From positions 1,536,001 through 1,600,000 of the forward strand of contig CAWDEM010000008.1 in NCBI GenBank assembly GCA_963801355.1: a stretch of 64,000 bases of DNA, given 5' to 3'. Position numbers and translations under genes: made by a program. The stretch is from Ignavibacteriota bacterium (lineage in GTDB: Bacteria; Bacteroidota; Ignavibacteria; UBA10030; UBA6906). Positions 56,664 to 64,000 of this stretch are shown piece by piece. The stretch's first letter is position 1, and each line of letters opens with the position of its first letter. A model generated the notes under the pieces. That model was not told the origin of the DNA. It made no database searches and saw only the letters and a program-made list of their open reading frames with translations.

Positions 56664-58276
56664 TACCTGCTCGTCAATGCTCTGGCGATTTTCTCCGCCT
56701 CGGGAAACAGCGACAGGGCCTTTTTGAACTGCACGTCAACCCCGAGCATGACCCGGGCCGACCCCTCATTCCCCCAGATGCCCCGGCCAATGTATGCCTT
56801 CGTGAACGCCTTCAGGTAGGCAAGGTCCTTGTCGTACTGCTCCTGATTGAAGGCCACGCCTTTGGCCTTCGCGATCTCTTTGATGTCATCCATCATCGCG
56901 GGAGTCACGTCGAACGTCTCTGCAAAACGGGCGACGTCTTTGCCATACTGCGCCCGCAGCTCCGTGCCGTGCTCATCGAGGTATTTATCCGCCGCCTGCA
57001 GGAATACCAGCTTGCTGCGCAGCTGCACGCTGTATTCGTTCAACCTGTCGGACTTCACGAGGTAGTCGGGAGTGATTCCGCCGCCGCCGTACACAATTCT
57101 CCCGCCCATGGTTTTGAACCGTTGACGGGTGGAGTCTTTTTCTGCTTCATGCGTGAGATTTTCCCCTTCCTGCTCCTCGCGCTCGAAGGGTTCGCGCTGG
57201 TATTTCATCTTGTCTTTGTCGTACGGCCGTTGGATCAGGCGCCCGCTCGGGGTGTAATACCGGGCCGTGGTCAGGCGGAACGCGGACCCATCCTTCAGGT
57301 CGAATTGCCGCTGCACGAGTCCCTTGCCGAATGTGGTCTCTCCCACCACAAGCCCCCGGTCCCAGTCCTGCACCGCCCCGGCAACAATTTCGGATGCGGA
57401 GGCGGAGCCATTGTTCACCATCACGACGAGCCCGATGTCCTGGTACCGCCCGGCGCCGGAGGCGACGTATTCTTCGTTGAACTCCGACCGGCGTCCCTTT
57501 GTGAAGACGATTTTCTTTCCCTTGGGGAGGAGTTCATCCATGATCTTGTAGGATTGCTCGAGATAGCCGCCGGCGTTCGTGCGCAGATCGAGAACCAGCC
57601 TCTGCATCCCGGCATCCTTCAACTTGGCCATCGCCTCCATGAACTCCTGGTGCGTCGTTGCCGCGAAACGGTTGACGTTGACGTAGCCGGTTTTCCCGTC
57701 GATCATAAATGACGCGTCAACGGTGTAGATCGGAATCTTGTCGCGCACGATGTCGAACTCGAGCTTGTCCTTGATCCCGCTACGTACGATCGTCACCTTT
57801 ACGTGCGAACCCTTGGGGCCCCGCAGCTTCTTCTGCACACCTTCCTGGGTAATACCCACGGCCGAAGAGTCGTCGATCCTGACGATCTTGTCGCCCGACT
57901 GGATCCCCAGAGCCTCACTCGGCCCGCCCACAATGGGGGCGACCACCAGCAGCGTGTCGTTCAACACCTGATATTCTATGCCGATGCCCTCGAAACTCCC
58001 CTGAAAATCCTCGGTCACCTTCTGCATGGCCTTGGCGGGTATGTACACGGAGTGCGGGTCCAGTTGCCCGAGCAAGCCGTTTATTGCCGCCTCCGTAAGC
58101 TTCTGGCTGTCGACGTCGTCAACATAGTACTTGTAGGTGAGGTTCAGCACGTCATTGTATTTCCCCACCTGCTCGTAGATGCTGTCACCGGAGAACATCC
58201 GGTTAAGCTGGGCGCCTGCCAGTAACGCCAGGACGACGAAGATGCCCAGTGTGAACAGCGAAAATCGTTTCCTCAT
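56663..58276 (-). CDS. S41 family carboxyl-terminal processing protease
   Basis: LDPHSVY, PDZ domain, DLRTNAGG, SASASEIVAG, FGKGLVQ and GGGITPD. Confidence 0.93.
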   Translation of the reverse strand: MRKRFSLFTLGIFVVLALLAGAQLNRMFSGDSIYEQVGKYNDVLNLTYKYYVDDVDSQKLTEAAINGLLGQLDPHSVYIPAKAMQKVTEDFQGSFEGIGIEYQVLNDTLLVVAPIVGGPSEALGIQSGDKIVRIDDSSAVGITQEGVQKKLRGPKGSHVKVTIVRSGIKDKLEFDIVRDKIPIYTVDASFMIDGKTGYVNVNRFAATTHQEFMEAMAKLKDAGMQRLVLDLRTNAGGYLEQSYKIMDELLPKGKKIVFTKGRRSEFNEEYVASGAGRYQDIGLVVMVNNGSASASEIVAGAVQDWDRGLVVGETTFGKGLVQRQFDLKDGSAFRLTTARYYTPSGRLIQRPYDKDKMKYQREPFEREEQEGENLTHEAEKDSTRQRFKTMGGRIVYGGGGITPDYLVKSDRLNEYSVQLRSKLVFLQAADKYLDEHGTELRAQYGKDVARFAETFDVTPAMMDDIKEIAKAKGVAFNQEQYDKDLAYLKAFTKAYIGRGIWGNEGSARVMLGVDVQFKKALSLFPEAEKIARALTSR

Positions 58277-58319
58277 GCTTAATGTCCCCTCTCGATCGCC
58301 GATCTTAAGTATAGATTTT

Positions 58320-58348
58320 ATTGTATCCAAATTCCCCGCTAAAGTCAA
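58320..58348 (-). promoter_or_regulatory. Putative sigma70 promoter
   Basis: TTGACT-17-TACAAT. Confidence 0.7.
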
Positions 58349-58375
58349 ACCGCTCTATAATACGGGCAAAAACCT

Positions 58376-59110
58376 CTACCGCACGGGTTTCCACTCGCTC
58401 AGAATGGAGCGGTGGAGAAAGAACACCGACAAAAAGTTCAAAAACCACGTTGCGGTGACCCAGGCATACCCGAAACGCCTGTAGCGGCGAGGGGATTCGA
58501 GCACCGCGACATCCCTCAGGAACCTGATTCGCCCGAGCGGCTCCAACCGCCGGAACATGTCATAATCCTCGCCGGCGGCGATATGGTCCGCGTATCCGTC
58601 GACACGGGCGAATACGTCCCGTTTCATAACGTGACATTCTCCACGCCCCATCCCCATCCCCACCTGATTCATCATGTAAAAGAACCAGTTATAGAACCCA
58701 TGGAAGGCTCTGTCACTCCAGCGCTCTTCTTCCGGATATACGCGCACGGCACATGTCACGGCGACCGTTCCCGGTTTTTCTATTTCCTCGGAAATCCGTT
58801 CAAAGAATGCTTCATGATGTTCGATAAACGTATCGGCATTAAGAAATACGAAGATTTCCCCGTTGGCTTTGTGCGCACCGGCGTTTCTTCCGGAGGAAAT
58901 CGTTTGTTTGACGTAAGGGATGTTTTCCGCGACGACATGCGCATGCGCACGGGCTATTTCCAGCGTCCCATCCGTGCTCCCGCCGTCACTCACTACGACC
59001 TCAATGTCAAAGCGCTGTATGAGGCCGGGAGTGAACTGGCCCAGCATCCGGGGAAGTAGCCTGGCTTCGTTGATAGCGGGGATGATGACGCTGAATCGCG
59101 GTCTGTTCAT
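58376..59110 (-). CDS. Glycosyltransferase family 2
   Basis: SVIIPAINE, DGGSTDGT, GRNAGA, FLNAD, GED and SPRR. Confidence 0.9.
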   Translation of the reverse strand: MNRPRFSVIIPAINEARLLPRMLGQFTPGLIQRFDIEVVVSDGGSTDGTLEIARAHAHVVAENIPYVKQTISSGRNAGAHKANGEIFVFLNADTFIEHHEAFFERISEEIEKPGTVAVTCAVRVYPEEERWSDRAFHGFYNWFFYMMNQVGMGMGRGECHVMKRDVFARVDGYADHIAAGEDYDMFRRLEPLGRIRFLRDVAVLESPRRYRRFGYAWVTATWFLNFLSVFFLHRSILSEWKPVR

Positions 59111-61290
59111 GATTCCCGTTGTGAGAGTACCTGTTTGACACTGACCTTCCATTGAGAAGCCATCTGTCCACTTGCTCCGAGCCGTAGGTTCCAGAATGGC
59201 AGGAAAACCGTTCCCTGATAGAGTCTCTCAAAGCCTGATTCGGACAATGAAACGGTTTCAAGGGGAAAACGCCAGAGGGTTGCCGGTTGACTCAGCTCCC
59301 AATATGAAGCGACGCGCATCCATTCGTCGGTGGCTCTGAAATTGAGCACGTCGCTCTCCTCTCCCTGACTGCGCAGCCTCCTGTCGGCCAGGGGCCTAAA
59401 CGATTGTGGATTATGGATTGTCGATCCACTATCCACAATTGGTATGCCTCCGACCTCAAGGTATCGGTCTGCAGCATCTCCGGCCATCCCGCCAAGTGCG
59501 AATTCGATACCGAAACGACATTCGATGGGGGTGTCTTCGAGGTTCGATACTTCGTAATGTGCCGTGAAACCAGCCTCTCCCTCCAGGATCACGATTTTCT
59601 TGGTGACCAGAAGCCGGTGCGGAACCCCGTCCTTCCACAGAGCACCTTGCCTGGAAAGCTCGATCTCCACGTGCTCCCGGTCCTTCGTTATCGTGCTCCC
59701 GTACGGCTGGTTGACGAAATCACCTATCTCGCGATGCCGGCAGGCTGCAAACGCAGCGAGATCGGCGGTCTCGTCGAAGAAGTGATCCAGCAACGAGGCA
59801 TGACGGTACCAGTCGAAGAATATATGCTTGTGAAGATCTTTTTCCTTGGCGAGCAGTTCATCCCACCCCTCTCCGGCGTTTTCTTCCTTCATGGCTTCCA
59901 GAAGCCTGCGGTGCGAGTATTCCTCCCGGCGGCTGAGTATGTCAAGAAGGTTGACCGCTCCAGGCCTGAAGCTCAATTCCACCAAACACCCGCCCGAATC
60001 CGGCTTGAAGCAAAGATCGTTAAGTGTCGATTCAACAACAAGTTCATTACTTCCATCACAATCAAAATCATAACTCTCACAAGTCACGGATCTGCTCTTG
60101 CGTGTCCGTTCGATGGCCGTTTCGGCTTTGAGAAGACTCCGGTAAACAGGAAACCGGAGGTTGGGGAGGTACAAGCCGCCGAAGAGACCGTGCCAGTACG
60201 GGTCGTTACATTGTCCGGCCCAGATGTCATCCAGGATCACAGGCGGCGTGCTCCCGAGGGCGAAAGCCTTCCTCATCTTTTCCGAAATCCGGAGCATCTT
60301 CTTGTGCATGTGATTCGACTCAGGGTACTTCGCAAAGAAGTTCCTCCAGTAACCTCCCCTGACGAACATGGCGTTGGTTTCGTAGGTCCCCTGCTCTTTC
60401 AGACTCTTCTCAAACGCATCCAGCCGGAGCGCCACAGAGGGGCTGAGTACCCATTTTGTCATTTCGGCGTACGTTCCGGTGGGCAGGTAGATCCTCCCGC
60501 GGGCGGGCTGGGTATCCAGAACTGTTCCGAAATGGGCTGTCTTTGCGAGCTCTTTATGAGTCTCGAGCATCGCACAGAAGCGCTCAAGCCAGCCGTCTTC
60601 GTACACGTGTTTGTATGTCTTTGGCCATACACCGAACTTCTCGCCGTCATCGGCATGCACCGTCACGCGCATGCCGTCGGGCGTGGCCGCCTGCCGCAGA
60701 TACTCGAGTGTATCGCTCACCAACCTGAAGGGAATGGCATAGCGGAGTGTCTTGTCTATCGGAAAGAGCTTGAGAGTCTCCCCCAGTTCCTCAGTGACAT
60801 AGTACCCGTACAGCTGATCGTCCAACAGCCCGGCATGGCGGAAATGCGTATCGTCAACCACCACAAACTCCACACCCGCGCGTGCCAGAGAGCCGGCGAG
60901 GTGCGGCTCCCAGACGCGCTCGGCGAGCCATGCGCCTCTCGGGGAATAGTCAAATACAGTCCGGATGAGCCGCGTGAGCTTGTGGATTTGTCCGATCCGG
61001 TCCGCCTCGGGAATGACAGCGAGAATCGGTTCATAGAAGCCCCCGCTCAGGAGTTCCAGCTGGCCGCGTTGCACCATCGATCGCATCAGCTCAATGCACT
61101 CCGGATGCTTCTTCACCAGCCATTCCAACAGGGTTCCCGTCCAGTGTTGCGTGAACGCGATGGCGGGATGGCGGTCCAGTACTTCAAGGAACGGCAGGTA
61201 GGAGCGGCGGTAGGCATCCTCCATCACCGATTCGAAATTGCCGCTCGGCTGGTGGTTGTGCACCGCAAACACGAGGGTCAGGGAGGTCAT
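59107..61290 (-). CDS. GH57 alpha-amylase / 4-alpha-glucanotransferase
   Basis: HNHQP, WLAERVW, DDGEKFG, YAEMTKW and QCNDPYWHGLFGGLYLP. Confidence 0.92.
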   Translation of the reverse strand: MTSLTLVFAVHNHQPSGNFESVMEDAYRRSYLPFLEVLDRHPAIAFTQHWTGTLLEWLVKKHPECIELMRSMVQRGQLELLSGGFYEPILAVIPEADRIGQIHKLTRLIRTVFDYSPRGAWLAERVWEPHLAGSLARAGVEFVVVDDTHFRHAGLLDDQLYGYYVTEELGETLKLFPIDKTLRYAIPFRLVSDTLEYLRQAATPDGMRVTVHADDGEKFGVWPKTYKHVYEDGWLERFCAMLETHKELAKTAHFGTVLDTQPARGRIYLPTGTYAEMTKWVLSPSVALRLDAFEKSLKEQGTYETNAMFVRGGYWRNFFAKYPESNHMHKKMLRISEKMRKAFALGSTPPVILDDIWAGQCNDPYWHGLFGGLYLPNLRFPVYRSLLKAETAIERTRKSRSVTCESYDFDCDGSNELVVESTLNDLCFKPDSGGCLVELSFRPGAVNLLDILSRREEYSHRRLLEAMKEENAGEGWDELLAKEKDLHKHIFFDWYRHASLLDHFFDETADLAAFAACRHREIGDFVNQPYGSTITKDREHVEIELSRQGALWKDGVPHRLLVTKKIVILEGEAGFTAHYEVSNLEDTPIECRFGIEFALGGMAGDAADRYLEVGGIPIVDSGSTIHNPQSFRPLADRRLRSQGEESDVLNFRATDEWMRVASYWELSQPATLWRFPLETVSLSESGFERLYQGTVFLPFWNLRLGASGQMASQWKVSVKQVLSQRES
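59402..59440. repeat. Heptamer-periodic hairpin inside the GH57 coding sequence
   Basis: ATTGTGG ATTATGG ATTGTCG ATCCACT ATCCACA ATT. Confidence 0.7.
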
Positions 61291-61355
61291 GGAGTCCTTG
61301 CGGCCGTAGGAGTTACGAATCTGTCATGAAGAGAGGAGAACCACAGAGACACGAT

Positions 61356-62867
61356 TCATCGTTCCGGTTTCATCTGTGGAAAGAAGATCACGTCACGAAT
61401 GGATTCCTGGCCGGTGAGCAGCATGGTGAGTCGGTCGATTCCGATGCCCAGACCGGCGGTGGGAGGCATCCCGTATTCCAGCGCGCGGAGGAAGTCTTCG
61501 TCGAGGGGCTGGATCTCCACTTCACCGCGGGCGCGGGCCTGCATCTGTTCCTCGAACCGTGCACGCTGATCCAGGGGGTCGTTGAGCTCGCTGAAGGCGT
61601 TGCAGAGTTCGTGGCCGTTGCAGATTGCCTCGAAGCGTTCCACAAGACCCGGCTCGGTCCGGTGGCGTTTGGCGAGCGGAGACATCTCCACGGGATAGTC
61701 GGTGATGAATGTGGGCTGGATCAGGTGGTGTTCCACCTTTTCGCTGAAGATCTCATCAATGATTTTCCCCGCCCCGTCAGCAGGAGCGACCTCCACATGC
61801 AGCCGCTTCGCCACGTCACGGAGTCCGGCGGCATCCATCCCCCGCAGGGAATAGCCGGTCTTCTCGTTGATCGCATCGAACATGGAAATCCGGCGCCACG
61901 GCGGCGTGAAATCGATCTGCTGCCCGCCGATTTCCACCAGCGGGGAACCGTTCAGCACCCGTGCAACACCTGCGATCATCTCCTCCACCATCCCCATCAT
62001 CCAGATGTAATCGCGGTAGGCGACGTACACCTCGAGCATGGTGAATTCGGGGTTGTGGGACTTGTCCATTCCTTCGTTGCGGAAGTCCTTCGCGATCTCG
62101 TACACTCCATCGAACCCGGCAACGATCAGTCTCTTCAGATACAATTCGTCGGCAATGCGCAGGAAGAGGTCGATGTCGAGGGTATTGTGGTGGGTGACGA
62201 AGGGACGGGCGAACGCCCCGCCGTATTGCGGCTGCAGGATGGGCGTTTCCACCTCCAGGAAGCCCTTGCCGTCGAGATACGTCCTGAGCGCCGATATAAT
62301 CCGTGCCCGGCTGACGAACACATTCCGCACGGCCGGGTTGACCATGAGGTCCACATAGCGCTGACGGTACCGCAGCTCCTTGTCGGAGAAGGGATCATAG
62401 ATGGTCTTGTTGCCCTGTTCGTCGATCTTTTCCTTGGCTACGGGAATGGGGCGCAGAGATTTTGTGAGCAGCTCCAGATGCTGGACATGGACGGACACTT
62501 CACCGGTTTTCGTCCGGAAGACAAACCCCCGCACGCCGATGATATCGCCGATATCCATGAGCTTGAACGCCTCATAGAGGTCCCCGAGGTCGTCGCGCTT
62601 GAGGTAGATCTGGATGCGTCCGCGCGAATCTTCAATGTGGCAGAACGAGGCTTTCCCCATTCTGCGCAGGGAAAGTATGCGCCCGGCGACGGAGACGGTG
62701 CGGACAGGTTGATCCTCGCGGTACTCCGCAATCACGTCGGCGGAATACGCCGTGCGCTCGAAGAAATAGGGATACGCGTTGATACCGCGGCGCTTGAGCT
62801 CATCCAGCTCTTCCCTGCGGCGCAGCATCAGCTCGTTCAGTTCCTGGTGTTCACCACGATCATCCAA
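61356..62867 (-). CDS. lysS: Lysine--tRNA ligase (class II)
   Basis: [28 protein letters not shown] and [14 protein letters not shown]; TTG start with GGAG SD. Confidence 0.97.
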   Translation of the reverse strand: MDDRGEHQELNELMLRRREELDELKRRGINAYPYFFERTAYSADVIAEYREDQPVRTVSVAGRILSLRRMGKASFCHIEDSRGRIQIYLKRDDLGDLYEAFKLMDIGDIIGVRGFVFRTKTGEVSVHVQHLELLTKSLRPIPVAKEKIDEQGNKTIYDPFSDKELRYRQRYVDLMVNPAVRNVFVSRARIISALRTYLDGKGFLEVETPILQPQYGGAFARPFVTHHNTLDIDLFLRIADELYLKRLIVAGFDGVYEIAKDFRNEGMDKSHNPEFTMLEVYVAYRDYIWMMGMVEEMIAGVARVLNGSPLVEIGGQQIDFTPPWRRISMFDAINEKTGYSLRGMDAAGLRDVAKRLHVEVAPADGAGKIIDEIFSEKVEHHLIQPTFITDYPVEMSPLAKRHRTEPGLVERFEAICNGHELCNAFSELNDPLDQRARFEEQMQARARGEVEIQPLDEDFLRALEYGMPPTAGLGIGIDRLTMLLTGQESIRDVIFFPQMKPER

Positions 62868-62880
62868 AGGGCAGACTCCG

Positions 62881-62995
62881 GCAGATGATAATCCGAGCTA
62901 CTAGTGCAGATGATAATCCGAGCTACGAGTGCAGATGGTAGTCCGAGCTACGAGCGCAGATGGTAGTTCGAACTACGAGTGCAGATGATAATTCC
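62881..62995. repeat. Tandem repeat, 4.6 x 25 bp
   Basis: GCAGATGRTARTCCGAGCTACGAGT-like units start at 62881, 62906, 62931, 62956 and 62981. Confidence 0.92.
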
Positions 62996-63004
62996 AGTGA
63001 CGTT

Positions 63005-63033
63005 ATGATAGCCAGAAACACGTCGAGAAGCAA
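63005..63033 (-). promoter_or_regulatory. Putative sigma70 promoter for lysS
   Basis: TTGCTT-17-TATCAT. Confidence 0.55.
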
Positions 63034-63071
63034 AAATACCCGTGCGCACAGAGGACACCGGGGATCTTCCG

Positions 63072-64000
63072 TTACCTCTTTATTCTCGCGCTTCCTCCCC
63101 CCATCACATGCTTAATTTCCTCCATCGTCACCATACTGGTGTCGCCCCGGGTGCTCTGAAGCAGTGCACCGTGTGCCGCCCCCATTTCCACGCATTCCTG
63201 GGGTTGCATGCCGTGGAGGAGTCCGTAGACGAAACCACTGCAGAACCCGTCGCCGCCGCCGACGCGGTCTTCGATCTCCAGGTGTTCATAGCGGCGGGAT
63301 TCGTAGAACTCTCCGTCGTAATACATGATCGCAGACCAGTTGTTCACCAGGCCGCTCACGACCTCACGCAGGGTTGTTCCCACGGCGCGCACATGTGGAT
63401 GCGCCGCCACCACCCGCTCGACCATTTTTTTGTACCCCTCAATCGGAAGCTTCTTCAAATGCTCATCGGTCCCTTCAACAGTGAACCCGAGGACCTTCTG
63501 GAAGTCTTCTTCGTTGCCGATGAGCACATCAATGTAGGGAACCAGCGTCTTCGTGACTTCGATGGCTTTCTTGCTGGTCCAGAGCTTGCTGCGGAAGTTC
63601 AGATCGTAGCTCACAATCGTCCCGGCATCATGGGCCGCTTTCATGGATTCCAGGGCGACGTCCGCGCAGGTGTCGCTCAGCGCGGTGAATATGCCGCCGG
63701 TATGAAACCAGCGCACGCCGCGTGCGCCGAAGATGCGCTGCCAGTCCACGTCGCCGGGTTTCATGTGTGCAACGGCGGTATGACCGCGGTCGTACATGGT
63801 CACGCTTGCGCGCACACCCACGCCCACCTCGGTGAAATTCAAGCCAATCCGGTCGGCGCGGCCCACACCATCGTACGGCACCCAGACCACCTCGCTGACA
63901 TCCATGCCGCTTGTGCGTGCATGATTCTTGATAAACTGGCCGAGCGGATTATCCACGAGGCGCGAGATCCAGCCTGTTCTCATGCCATACCGCGACAGCG
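63072..64000 (-). CDS. PfkB-family sugar kinase (2-keto-3-deoxygluconate kinase-like); 5' end beyond the window
   Basis: WFHTGGIF, SYDLNFRSKLW, GNEEDF and DRVGGGDGF. Confidence 0.88.
   Translation of the reverse strand, partial: LSRYGMRTGWISRLVDNPLGQFIKNHARTSGMDVSEVVWVPYDGVGRADRIGLNFTEVGVGVRASVTMYDRGHTAVAHMKPGDVDWQRIFGARGVRWFHTGGIFTALSDTCADVALESMKAAHDAGTIVSYDLNFRSKLWTSKKAIEVTKTLVPYIDVLIGNEEDFQKVLGFTVEGTDEHLKKLPIEGYKKMVERVVAAHPHVRAVGTTLREVVSGLVNNWSAIMYYDGEFYESRRYEHLEIEDRVGGGDGFCSGFVYGLLHGMQPQECVEMGAAHGALLQSTRGDTSMVTMEEIKHVMGGGSARIKR

Noticed and set aside
59404-62888. 641-aa and 520-aa plus-strand ORFs
   Set aside because: Antisense shadows of the GH57 gene and lysS.
62881-62995. Possible CRISPR array
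   Set aside because: Units are contiguous with no unique spacers, and I recognised no cas genes; it is a tandem repeat.

Overview
A GC-rich (roughly 60% by eye) bacterial chromosomal segment with about 62 protein-coding genes. I found no rRNA, tRNA, CRISPR array or transposase. Gene content (DUF2795, DUF4835/PorD-like, bshA, hprK-raiA-xerC-topA-DUF494-ybeY, TatD-radical SAM fusion) and TTGNNN-17-TANNNT promoters suggest an Ignavibacteria-like member of the Bacteroidota/Chlorobiota superphylum (inference). The right half (27-64 kb) is mostly housekeeping. The left half is richer in accessory envelope genes. (i) A divergent module couples a CHASE2 adenylate cyclase and an SH3-M48 protease to an OMP, a WD40-CsgG protein and two LPP20-like proteins; this is the best candidate for an uncharacterised envelope signalling system. 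(ii) A nearby cluster holds a TPR-CsgG-FlgT protein, duplicated FadL-like barrels, MsrA and an M48 protease. (iii) A translationally coupled dinB / exonuclease-GIY-YIG / acyltransferase / RRM / MBL operon sits between them. (iv) A signal-peptide-bearing AmmeMemo B-A fusion is coupled to a membrane spermidine-synthase-like gene. Non-coding structure includes dispersed heptamer palindromes (one apparently inserted in frame in a GH57 gene), AAGTCAG-based repeats, a 25-bp tandem array in the predicted lysS leader, a 33-bp array over a lipoprotein start, and paired divergent ECF promoters. All family assignments are from motif recognition, not database searches.
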